Part shown: positions 56,100 through 64,000 of the stretch, in pieces
Layout: each line of letters begins with the position of its first letter
How positions within the stretch are numbered: position 1 is the stretch's first letter
From: a virus
Taxonomy: Duplodnaviria > Caudoviricetes
Reading direction: 5' to 3' (one strand)
IMG/VR virus record: IMGVR_UViG_3300031673_000001
Length of the DNA stretch: 64,000 nt
Position numbers and translations under genes: made by a program
Notes under the pieces: generated by a model
What the model was told of the DNA's origin: nothing
Databases searched by the model: none
What the model saw: the letters and a program-made list of their open reading frames with translations, nothing else

Positions 56100-57908
56100 A
56101 TGAAAAAACAATTATCAGAAAATGCAACAACTGTTGCACAAAGCAGATACTTTATGAATGGAGAAGATTGGAATGAATGCTCGTTAAGAGTTGCCAATGT
56201 AATTGCAAGTCCAGAAACAAATGATAAAGCTAAAATAAAAGATACGTTCCATGAAATGATTTATAATATGGATTTTATTCCCGGTGGACGTATTTTAAGA
56301 AATGCTGGAAGACCAAGAGGATCACTATTTAACTGTTATCATTTACCGATAGGGGATTCAATAGAGGAGATTGGTCAACTATATAAGGATGCTTTAACTC
56401 TATGGTCAGAGGGAGGAGGTGTGGGTGTAAATTTTTCATCTCTGAGACCAAAAAATGATCTTATATCTGGAAAGGGAGGAAAGTCATCAGGATTAGTTAG
56501 CTTTATGATAGGAGCAGATTTTTTATCAAAAAAAATTGAAAGTGGTGGAAATAGAAGAGCTGCTGCTATTGGTCATATTGATGTTTCTCATCCTGAGTTA
56601 TTAGATTTTATTGATGCAAAATTATCAAAACCAGATATAAGTAAATGGTTAAAAGAAGACACGCCGGAAGAAATTAAACAATTTGTTAAACAAAACGTGG
56701 ACATTGGTGCTCTAAGTCATTTTAATATTTCTGTTATGATAAATAATGAGTTTCTTGAAAGTGTTGAAGGCAATAGAGATTGGACATTTAAGTTTAAACA
56801 AAAATCATATTCTACTGTTAAGGCAAGAGATATATGGAATAAGATTGTTACCAATATGATAGAATGTGCTGAACCAGGATTGATTAATTGGTCAACTTTT
56901 TCAAAAAATAACTCATACTATTTTGAACCAGTTATTGGAACCAATCCTTGTGGAGAAACAACACTTGGACCCTATGGTGTTTGTGATCTTGGTTCATTAG
57001 TTCTTCCTAATTTCATTACAGGTAATGTTAATACAAATTGGAAGAAACTTGAAACTGTAATAAAAAATGCAGTTCGTTTTTTAGATAATGTAATTGAAGT
57101 TAATAAATATGTTTTAAAAGAGATTGATATTAGTGCACATAAATCAAGGCGTATTGGTATTGGAGTCATAGGACTTGCAGAATATCTATTTGCTAAAAAA
57201 AGTAGATATGGTTCAGAAAAGGCAGTTCGTGAGACTGAATCATTAATGCAGTTTATTCGTAATTCTGTTTATCAAGCATCAGTTGAATTAGCAATTGAAA
57301 AGGGTGCATTTCCACAATTTGATTCAATGGCATACGGAAAAGCATCATTTATTAGAAAACTACCTGCTCAATTAAGAATGGATATTAAAAAATTTGGGGT
57401 TAGAAATTGCACATTGATGGCACTTGCTCCTACCGGCACAATTTCATTATTAGCTGACTATACAAGCGCAATAGAACCCCTATTTGCTAAAGCAATGAAA
57501 AGACACGATAGAATAAGTGATAGAATATACATTCATCCCAAACATCAAGAGTTCGTTAAAAATGAAGAAGAGATTCCAGAATGGTTTGTTGATTCATTTG
57601 ATCTTGAACCTAAACATCACTTTGAAATGCAGGTAGCATGTCAAAAGTATTGTGATTCATCAGTAAGCAAAACTATTAATTTACCTAGTACGACAACAGA
57701 AGAAGATTTAAGTTCTCTATTGCTTGAGTACATTTATGATCTTAAAGGAGTAACTGTATATCGTGATGGTTCAAGAGCAGGACAGATTTTAAATAGAATC
57801 TCAGATGATGAAGTCAGAAAATATTTATTAGAAGAAACTCCAATCAATATTGAAAATAATCTAGATGAAGATCAAGTTAAGTGTGCAATTGGAACTTGTG
57901 AGATATAA
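56100..57908 (+). CDS. nrdJ: Class II (adenosylcobalamin) ribonucleotide reductase
   Basis: PGGRIL.NAG, LFNCY, GGGVG.NFS.LRP, TNPCGE, CDLGSL, APTGTIS, C-terminal CxxxxC. Confidence 0.92.
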   Translation: MKKQLSENATTVAQSRYFMNGEDWNECSLRVANVIASPETNDKAKIKDTFHEMIYNMDFIPGGRILRNAGRPRGSLFNCYHLPIGDSIEEIGQLYKDALTLWSEGGGVGVNFSSLRPKNDLISGKGGKSSGLVSFMIGADFLSKKIESGGNRRAAAIGHIDVSHPELLDFIDAKLSKPDISKWLKEDTPEEIKQFVKQNVDIGALSHFNISVMINNEFLESVEGNRDWTFKFKQKSYSTVKARDIWNKIVTNMIECAEPGLINWSTFSKNNSYYFEPVIGTNPCGETTLGPYGVCDLGSLVLPNFITGNVNTNWKKLETVIKNAVRFLDNVIEVNKYVLKEIDISAHKSRRIGIGVIGLAEYLFAKKSRYGSEKAVRETESLMQFIRNSVYQASVELAIEKGAFPQFDSMAYGKASFIRKLPAQLRMDIKKFGVRNCTLMALAPTGTISLLADYTSAIEPLFAKAMKRHDRISDRIYIHPKHQEFVKNEEEIPEWFVDSFDLEPKHHFEMQVACQKYCDSSVSKTINLPSTTTEEDLSSLLLEYIYDLKGVTVYRDGSRAGQILNRISDDEVRKYLLEETPINIENNLDEDQVKCAIGTCEI

Positions 57909-57919
57909 AGGAGAATATT

Positions 57920-58300
57920 ATGTCTGGAGATACTGTTGCAAAAATGAATTTATTGAATAAATGGATAACGAGATTGGTGTTTCCAGGATTAACAAAAGAT
58001 TTTATTAAAGAAACTAAAAACTTTAAGTATGAGGATTCTCTTTATAAAGAACTATCTTTTTATACATATGAATATAAATATATAATATATGCTATAGATA
58101 GAGTTGAAAATGATGGATATTTGAGTTGTCAAGTATGTGCTAGAAAAGCAAGAGCTGGTGAAGATTGGATAAGAGGAAATTATTTAATAGATGGTTCTTT
58201 TACAAAATCTACTTGGAATAAGATTTTAAACTCAATTATCAATTATGAATTAGTAGAATTATCAAAATTTAAACAACCAGATTCTATACCTGAAGAATAA
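57920..58300 (+). CDS. Hypothetical protein
   Basis: AAGGAG RBS. Confidence 0.65.
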   Translation: MSGDTVAKMNLLNKWITRLVFPGLTKDFIKETKNFKYEDSLYKELSFYTYEYKYIIYAIDRVENDGYLSCQVCARKARAGEDWIRGNYLIDGSFTKSTWNKILNSIINYELVELSKFKQPDSIPEE

Positions 58301-58327
58301 GAACAAAAATAAAAAGGGGTCTATTTC

Positions 58328-58795
58328 ATGAGTGAAAATATTATAGGAAAATCTCAATATGAGAAAAAGATTGATCAGTTACTTTCAATTTATGAAGTAA
58401 ATAGAACTGCAATTATGAATATGATAACTGATCTAGAAAAATTGAAAGATAAATTAGATACAATTTTTCCGGAAACAACTGATGCTAGACATATGAGATT
58501 TTTTGAAGAAAAAGTTAAAGCTGTTTCAGCTTTTTTTAATGTTCTTCTTGATATGAGAAAAGAAATTAATAAAAGTTTAAAGGATGAAATAGACATTAGA
58601 AGAAAAGGCGAAGGGAAGGATGATCAATTAGATATTGAAGGTTTACTTGATATTCGACAAGCTACAAGAAAAATTGAAAAGTTTCAAAAATCTGCTGATA
58701 GAATCAAAGAAAAAAGAATAGCTGATATAAGAAATCTAGAACTTCCTGATGGAGTTGGAGTACCAGGAATAAATGCAAGAGCGGAGGGATTATAA
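58328..58795 (+). CDS. Coiled-coil hypothetical protein
   Basis: ORF track. Confidence 0.65.
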   Translation: MSENIIGKSQYEKKIDQLLSIYEVNRTAIMNMITDLEKLKDKLDTIFPETTDARHMRFFEEKVKAVSAFFNVLLDMRKEINKSLKDEIDIRRKGEGKDDQLDIEGLLDIRQATRKIEKFQKSADRIKEKRIADIRNLELPDGVGVPGINARAEGL

Positions 58796-58797
58796 AC

Positions 58798-60033
58798 ATG
58801 GTAGATATTATTGAAGATGTGAATGAAGAAACAAGTGAAAATATGATTTTAAGCAACTATACACCAGAAGCAACGAAAGAGATGTTAGAAAGTATAAAAT
58901 TAAAAGAAGGTGGAGAAGAAAAAATTGTTGATAAAGAAACCATTAAAGTTATAAAAGGTCATGAAATTGTTGAAGATGTTGAAAAGACAAAAGAATTGTA
59001 TGCAGAATTCAGTTCTTTTTTAGAAACTAAAACAGATATTAAAGGTGATGATGGATTAAAAGGAACTATTCCAACAGGTATTGATTTAGCAGATGCTATT
59101 TTAGGTGGGGGATTTGCTATTGGAGCATTAAATATTATTGTTGGTCAACCAGGCAGTGGAAAAACAATGCTAGCTGCTCAAACATTAGGACAAGGTCAAA
59201 AACAATATAAAGGTCAGTTATTAGGAGGATTTTTAGATTCAGAAGAAGCAACAACATCAATAAGATTAGCTTCATTGGGAGTTAGATATCCAAACATAAA
59301 ACCTTATGTTGATATAACAGTTGAAAAAGTTTTTAAATTTCTTGAAGGTTTATGCTTATTTAAACAAACCAAAAAAATAATGGAATTGCCTTCTGTTGTT
59401 ATTTGGGACAGTATTGCAAATACATTATCTCAAAAAGAAAGAGAAGCTGAAGATGTCAATTCAGTTATTGGATATAAAGCAAGAATGCTTTCTATTTTAA
59501 TTCCAAAATATGTTGCTAAATGTTCTCAACATAATATTTGTTTTATAGCTGTAAATCAATTGAGAGATGTTATTTCAATGGGACCTTTTTCAGCACCAAA
59601 AGATTTAAAATTTATGTCTACATCAAAAGATATGCCTGGAGGAAATGTTCTAAAATTCAATGCATTTCATCTAGTAGAAATGAAAGTTAAATCCGTTTTA
59701 GATCGAGATAAAATGGGGTTTGATGGAGTAGTTGCTAAAATGAAATGTGTCAAGAATAAACTGTTTACTCCAAATATTGAAGTGGAAATAGTAGGATCAT
59801 TCAATAGAGGTTTTTCAAATTTCTGGACTAATTATAATTTTATGAATACCACAAAAAGACTCCAAACAGGAGCATGGAATTATTTAATAACTTTACCTGA
59901 TAAAAAGTTTAGAACTAAAGATGCATATACATTGTATAAGGAAGATGAAATTTTTAAAAATGCATTTGATGATTCTTCAAGAGAAGCAATTCAAACCGAG
60001 ATAATTGATAAGTATAGTGAAGTCATTGATTAA
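58798..60033 (+). CDS. recA: RecA/UvsX-like recombinase
   Basis: TGI..AD.ILGGG, GQPGSGKT, LDSE, IWDSIA, NQLR, PGG..LKF, KNK. Confidence 0.9.
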   Translation: MVDIIEDVNEETSENMILSNYTPEATKEMLESIKLKEGGEEKIVDKETIKVIKGHEIVEDVEKTKELYAEFSSFLETKTDIKGDDGLKGTIPTGIDLADAILGGGFAIGALNIIVGQPGSGKTMLAAQTLGQGQKQYKGQLLGGFLDSEEATTSIRLASLGVRYPNIKPYVDITVEKVFKFLEGLCLFKQTKKIMELPSVVIWDSIANTLSQKEREAEDVNSVIGYKARMLSILIPKYVAKCSQHNICFIAVNQLRDVISMGPFSAPKDLKFMSTSKDMPGGNVLKFNAFHLVEMKVKSVLDRDKMGFDGVVAKMKCVKNKLFTPNIEVEIVGSFNRGFSNFWTNYNFMNTTKRLQTGAWNYLITLPDKKFRTKDAYTLYKEDEIFKNAFDDSSREAIQTEIIDKYSEVID

Positions 60034-60117
60034 TACCAAAAGATGTCTTCTTATATTCAGAACAAAATACAAACCATGTTATGATCGAATAATTGAAATG
60101 AGAAGGAGAAGTTAGAT

Positions 60118-60429
60118 ATGGGTGATATGTCAAATTTACTGAAAGATCAAGTTGAAAATTTTATAAAGTTAGTTGTAGATGCTCCAGATGAAGTAAAAAT
60201 TTCATCATCAGTATCCACAAAAGCAGTTATCATTCAAATAAAGGTTGATAAACAAGACTGTGGAAAAATAATTGGCAAAAAGGGTAGAACTATTGAAGCT
60301 TTAAAAGTTCTTTGTCTTGCAGTAAAAAATACACAATTTCCAGAGGATTCAAGAAGAATAATGCTTGAGGTTTTGGAAGAAGAAAATTCTAGTTTTACAT
60401 ACAGTAGATCTATTAGGGAGGAAGATTAA
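60118..60429 (+). CDS. khpA: KhpA-type KH-domain RNA-binding protein
   Basis: IKLVVDAPDEV...KVDKQDCGKIIGKKGRTIEALK. Confidence 0.88.
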   Translation: MGDMSNLLKDQVENFIKLVVDAPDEVKISSSVSTKAVIIQIKVDKQDCGKIIGKKGRTIEALKVLCLAVKNTQFPEDSRRIMLEVLEEENSSFTYSRSIREED

Positions 60430-60431
60430 AT

Positions 60432-60992
60432 ATGTTATCAAAAGAATCTAAAATTAAAGTATTAGAAGGATTTTACAGTATTGACTATGCTATCTTTGGC
60501 AAACCACTAGGAAGAGTAGTTAATTGTTGTCCTGTTATTAAAGAGGAATATGTTTCTATCAAAGGAGCTCTTCTTTCTGTCTATATCGAGATGTTAAAAT
60601 TGATGAAACATCAACCAAAAGAATTAGCAGAAAAAATCAATATGAAAGCATTACGTGAAAATGCTAAAACAAATGCCAATTCAGCAAGAGAAGCTTCAAA
60701 GAAAGTTGTAGCAACTGAAAGATCAAGAAATGATATTAAAGCTGAATTAAAAGAAGCTTTATCACAAGATAAAAAACTTGATATTACAACACTAGTTGAA
60801 ACCAAGATTAAAGAAAAAGCATTTAGACTAGCAGTTGATAATATTCTAGTTGCTAAAGCATTACAAGAAGCACGAGATGTGAATGCTTTAAAATCTTGGG
60901 AAGGAGAAATCATTGAAGATTCATATAAAATATTAAGAGATAGTTTATGTGAAGTAGCAATGATGATCCTGGATGATGATCAAGCTGAATAA
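60432..60992 (+). CDS. Hypothetical helical protein
   Basis: ORF track; GGAGG RBS. Confidence 0.65.
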   Translation: MLSKESKIKVLEGFYSIDYAIFGKPLGRVVNCCPVIKEEYVSIKGALLSVYIEMLKLMKHQPKELAEKINMKALRENAKTNANSAREASKKVVATERSRNDIKAELKEALSQDKKLDITTLVETKIKEKAFRLAVDNILVAKALQEARDVNALKSWEGEIIEDSYKILRDSLCEVAMMILDDDQAE

Positions 60993-61965
60993 TGAATACG
61001 AGAAACTTTTATCTTATCTTGATGCAAATTTGCCCAAGACGCCTATAAAGCGAAAAAATAAGAATCTTATAAAATCTAAAGTTAAAGAACAATCAAAAAA
61101 AGAAGCTGTTAAAGAATCGACTAGAAAATTAATTGAGAATTCTGAAATTGATGGTTATATGTCTCTACTACAAACTTCGATTCCAGAGCAGCTTAATAGA
61201 TCAATTGGTTTTGATGTTATATCATTTGAAAATAGAATGAGACAGAAATTAATTGATGAGTATAAAAAATCACAAACTTATGAAAGACCTTATATTTCTG
61301 TTACAGAAATTTGTAGTTGCATAAGATCAAATTTCTATAACAGAATGAAATATCAGATAGATTTAAAAAAGAAATTTAGATTTTCATATTTGTATTTAAT
61401 ACAAAGAGTTGGGAATGAGATTCATGATGTAGTTCAGGATCTTTACAACTTTAATGAAACTGAAAAAACAATAGTAAGTGAAATTTTTAAAGTTAAAGGA
61501 AGAGTTGATGGGATTCAAGAAAGTTATCTATATGAACTAAAAACTATAGACGAGGAGAAATTAAAAGGGAATTATATTACAGAACATTATCATCAAGGAA
61601 TTGTATATGCTTATATCTTGAATACAGAATACGAATATAAAATTAAAAAAATTGTCATAGTGTATTTTATGAGAGGTTTAAAAAAGGTTGTTCCTTTTGA
61701 TTTACCTTTAGATGACTCACTTGCAAAATCCCTCCTTCAAAGAGCTATTACGCTCAAATCTTCCATTAACAAAAATGAAGTTCCTGATCCAATTGGAGCA
61801 ACTGCTGATGGTTGTCATTGGTGTTTATTCAAAACATACTGCGAAAGGGACGAGTGTAACAATGTGTTGCAACCGTGGAAAAAATCTAAAAAAGTTAAGA
61901 CAGAAAAGAAAGATAGTCCAAGAGAAGTTAAACCAAATAAAAAAGAGGCGGTCTTCCTTTTATGA
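60973..61965 (+). CDS. Cas4-like PD-(D/E)xK exonuclease
   Basis: ISVTEI.SC.R, GNEIH, GRVDG...ELKT, QG..Y, CHWCLFKTYC. Confidence 0.82.
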   Translation: MMIKLNNEYEKLLSYLDANLPKTPIKRKNKNLIKSKVKEQSKKEAVKESTRKLIENSEIDGYMSLLQTSIPEQLNRSIGFDVISFENRMRQKLIDEYKKSQTYERPYISVTEICSCIRSNFYNRMKYQIDLKKKFRFSYLYLIQRVGNEIHDVVQDLYNFNETEKTIVSEIFKVKGRVDGIQESYLYELKTIDEEKLKGNYITEHYHQGIVYAYILNTEYEYKIKKIVIVYFMRGLKKVVPFDLPLDDSLAKSLLQRAITLKSSINKNEVPDPIGATADGCHWCLFKTYCERDECNNVLQPWKKSKKVKTEKKDSPREVKPNKKEAVFLL

Positions 61966-61980
61966 TTGGAGGAATGATAA

Positions 61981-63195
61981 ATGATTGTTGTATATCCAAT
62001 GATAGTATCAAATGCAGTATCAGAGAACACACTTCCTGCGATTGGAAAAATGCTAGAACAATATATACTAATTTATATGCAAGACGATTTATTAAGTTTT
62101 TTAAATGATACACCAATTCCTGGTTCACCAAGTTTAAGATATAAGGTTAAAGGTAAAAAAATAGTTGGTGAATCCATTGATCTTAATGAAGTTGAGGATG
62201 AGGATGAGAAACAACCATGGGGAGGTCCAGGTCGAGGGAAAGGACCAACTCCAGAAGAACAACAAAAGAGAAGAGATGAAGAAGAACAACAAAAGAGAAG
62301 AGATGAAAAAGAAGCATATAAAGAGAAAGATGAAAGAGATGAGAGAGAACGTAAACAAACTCAACATGATTTAGATAAAGAAAAAATTAGATCGTCAAAA
62401 GAAAAAGATAGAAGAGAAAAAGAAAAAAGTAGAAGAGATAGACAAAAATCAGAAACTGACATAGAAAGAGATCAAAAAAGAGATGCAAGAGAAGAAGAAA
62501 AAGCAGAAAGAGAGAGAGATAAAGAGAAAACAGAAAAAGCACAAGGAGCTAAAGTTGATGTAAAAATAGGATCAGATAGATCTATTTCAATAGAACCAAC
62601 ATGGATGACTGTACATACAGATAGACATGGAACCCAAATGATTGGTATTAAAGTTGTTCCTTATAGAGTTCATTCAGATGCCAAATTATCTCATTTATTA
62701 ATGCATGATATGAAAATTAATAGAATTACTGCATTATGTATAGGAATTGGTAGAGCAATAATTGGAAAATTAATGAGATTAGTAAATAAAGGTCCTGTAT
62801 CTGGAGATCCTAAAAAAGATATTATATATAGAACTACAGGTCATAAAGGAGAAACATTTGTAATTCTTGAAAGAAATCATGATGTTGACGAATACTTTCT
62901 TAGAAGTACGGGAAGAATAAATAGATTATTTAAATTAGGTTGGGGAAATTTTGTTATTGCTGATGATGCTCTTCAAACTGCATACTTTTGTATGCGAGCA
63001 TCTAAAGGGATATGCCAAGGGATGAGTTACAGAATGATGTATAAAACATTAGGACAATCAGGAGTTTATGAAGATTTAGAAGATATAAGAAAGCAAAATG
63101 CATCATTATTTAAAATGAAGGCAGTTCGTTTTTCGAAACTATTAGGAGAATCTAAAGCGGAAAACAAACTAATTAATTATCAGGAGAGGCAATAA
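61981..63195 (+). CDS. Hypothetical protein with long charged low-complexity insert
   Basis: GGAGG RBS; E/K/R/D-rich region about aa 70-190. Confidence 0.7.
   Translation: MIVVYPMIVSNAVSENTLPAIGKMLEQYILIYMQDDLLSFLNDTPIPGSPSLRYKVKGKKIVGESIDLNEVEDEDEKQPWGGPGRGKGPTPEEQQKRRDEEEQQKRRDEKEAYKEKDERDERERKQTQHDLDKEKIRSSKEKDRREKEKSRRDRQKSETDIERDQKRDAREEEKAERERDKEKTEKAQGAKVDVKIGSDRSISIEPTWMTVHTDRHGTQMIGIKVVPYRVHSDAKLSHLLMHDMKINRITALCIGIGRAIIGKLMRLVNKGPVSGDPKKDIIYRTTGHKGETFVILERNHDVDEYFLRSTGRINRLFKLGWGNFVIADDALQTAYFCMRASKGICQGMSYRMMYKTLGQSGVYEDLEDIRKQNASLFKMKAVRFSKLLGESKAENKLINYQERQ
62254..62307 (+). repeat. Two exact 27-nt tandem copies (EEQQKRRDE x2)
   Basis: GAAGAACAACAAAAGAGAAGAGATGAA twice. Confidence 0.9.
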
Positions 63196-63196
63196 A

Positions 63197-63889
63197 ATGG
63201 AACATGATATTTTAGTCGAAGACTATATAGAATCCTTATATTTAACTGTTGATCATCAGTATTTGAATGAGTCCTTTAAAGACTTTATGTCAAATCTAAC
63301 TCCACCAAAAATAAAGCAGTTGTTATCAAAAACACATGAAACATCAGTTTCTATAGATATTCCTAAATTTCTTGATGTGGTAAAGAAATATGGGTTAGAT
63401 TATAAAAGGATTAAACCAAAACAATCGTTAGAAACTTTTAAACAACTTTCGCCAGATATTCAAGATGGTGCTGAATTGAGTTTAAGAGTTTTAAGAAATA
63501 CAATACCTGGAATATCAAAAACTACATCTTTGGTTGCTTCATATTTTGTTGCTATATTAGCTAAAATTAAACATTATAAATCCTCTAATTATATGGGTGC
63601 TGTTAAAACCGAGTTAAAACTTTTTGCTTCAAAAGTTCAACAATTTTATGAAGAAGCAGAGGAAAAATCTACAGGAAATGCATCAGCATCAGATATGAAA
63701 GAAGTTGCAATGGGACTTGCTGTTGTTATTCTAATAGGTAGTTTAACAGCAATTACTATCTACACTATAATTATGTTAGTACCATATCTATATATGGCAG
63801 GAATAATTTTAATTGCTTCATTAGCAGGAACTGGTATTCTTTGGTTACTTCTTAAACTTGCTGAAGCATTTGGTGGTGCTGGCGAATAA
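63197..63889 (+). CDS. Membrane protein with C-terminal hydrophobic hairpin
   Basis: AGGAG RBS; two long hydrophobic helices at the C-terminus; YLNE motif. Confidence 0.7.
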   Translation: MEHDILVEDYIESLYLTVDHQYLNESFKDFMSNLTPPKIKQLLSKTHETSVSIDIPKFLDVVKKYGLDYKRIKPKQSLETFKQLSPDIQDGAELSLRVLRNTIPGISKTTSLVASYFVAILAKIKHYKSSNYMGAVKTELKLFASKVQQFYEEAEEKSTGNASASDMKEVAMGLAVVILIGSLTAITIYTIIMLVPYLYMAGIILIASLAGTGILWLLLKLAEAFGGAGE

Positions 63890-63904
63890 AAAAAGGTAAA
63901 TCAA

Positions 63905-64000
63905 ATGGAAACAATTAGATCAAACGTAGAAAAATTAGAGTTATATAGCGATGATCATCCCTTTAGTTTACGTCTTCGTATAAGAAATTTTGATAGTGAA
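63905..64000 (+). CDS. Hypothetical protein, runs off the window end (METIRSNVEKLELYS...)
   Basis: AAGG RBS and ATG; open to the window edge. Confidence 0.5.
   Translation, partial: METIRSNVEKLELYSDDHPFSLRLRIRNFDSE

Noticed and set aside
62254-62307. 27-nt tandem repeat as a contingency or regulatory locus
   Set aside because: In-frame duplication within a low-complexity charged linker; ordinary slippage
359-62374. Short opposite-strand or alternate-frame ORFs in the track (e.g. 359, 1933, 7319, 11338, 25455, 38213, 53385, 60611, 62134)
   Set aside because: They shadow longer motif-bearing genes and lack RBSs

Overview
Strongly AT-rich, gene-dense 64 kb fragment of a large tailed bacteriophage. 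Code 11 fits, and TGA is a normal stop in many coupled ATGA overlaps. No capsid, terminase, rRNA, tRNA or CRISPR array is visible. Layout: 1-4.3 kb nucleotide-pool and anti-defence genes (DUF5664-type dNTP diphosphohydrolase, SLOG, Tad1-like sponge, dCMP deaminase, MazG-like, truncated QueC); 5.6-10.6 kb sulfotransferase, C1 peptidase and split LigD ligase and polymerase; 11-26.4 kb a large sugar-synthesis and glycosyltransferase island co-oriented with upstream virion-type genes; 26.4-34.5 kb putative virion/head proteins, an actin-like ATPase and a NUDIX fusion; 38.7-47 kb a T4-like replication module (Dda-like helicase, clamp loader, primase, sliding clamp, RNase H/FEN, gp13-like neck, RuvC); 47-64 kb more head-type proteins interleaved with a binding-protein plus hybrid histidine kinase pair, a LigD phosphoesterase, two RebB (R-body)-like genes, HNH, a queuosine-salvage-like hydrolase, NrdJ, RecA/UvsX, KhpA and a Cas4-like nuclease. 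Best leads: (1) a tandem RebB-like cassette with an 11-residue-repeat partner; (2) an in-frame UGA at a Cys-type position followed by a SECIS-like hairpin (candidate phage selenoprotein); (3) two tandem covarying three-way-junction RNA elements; (4) a five-member TM/4-Cys paralog family with protease-maturation-like motifs; (5) the glycan island. The host is inferred, not shown, to be an anaerobe, possibly a sulfate reducer. All family assignments come from recalled motifs; no database search was run.
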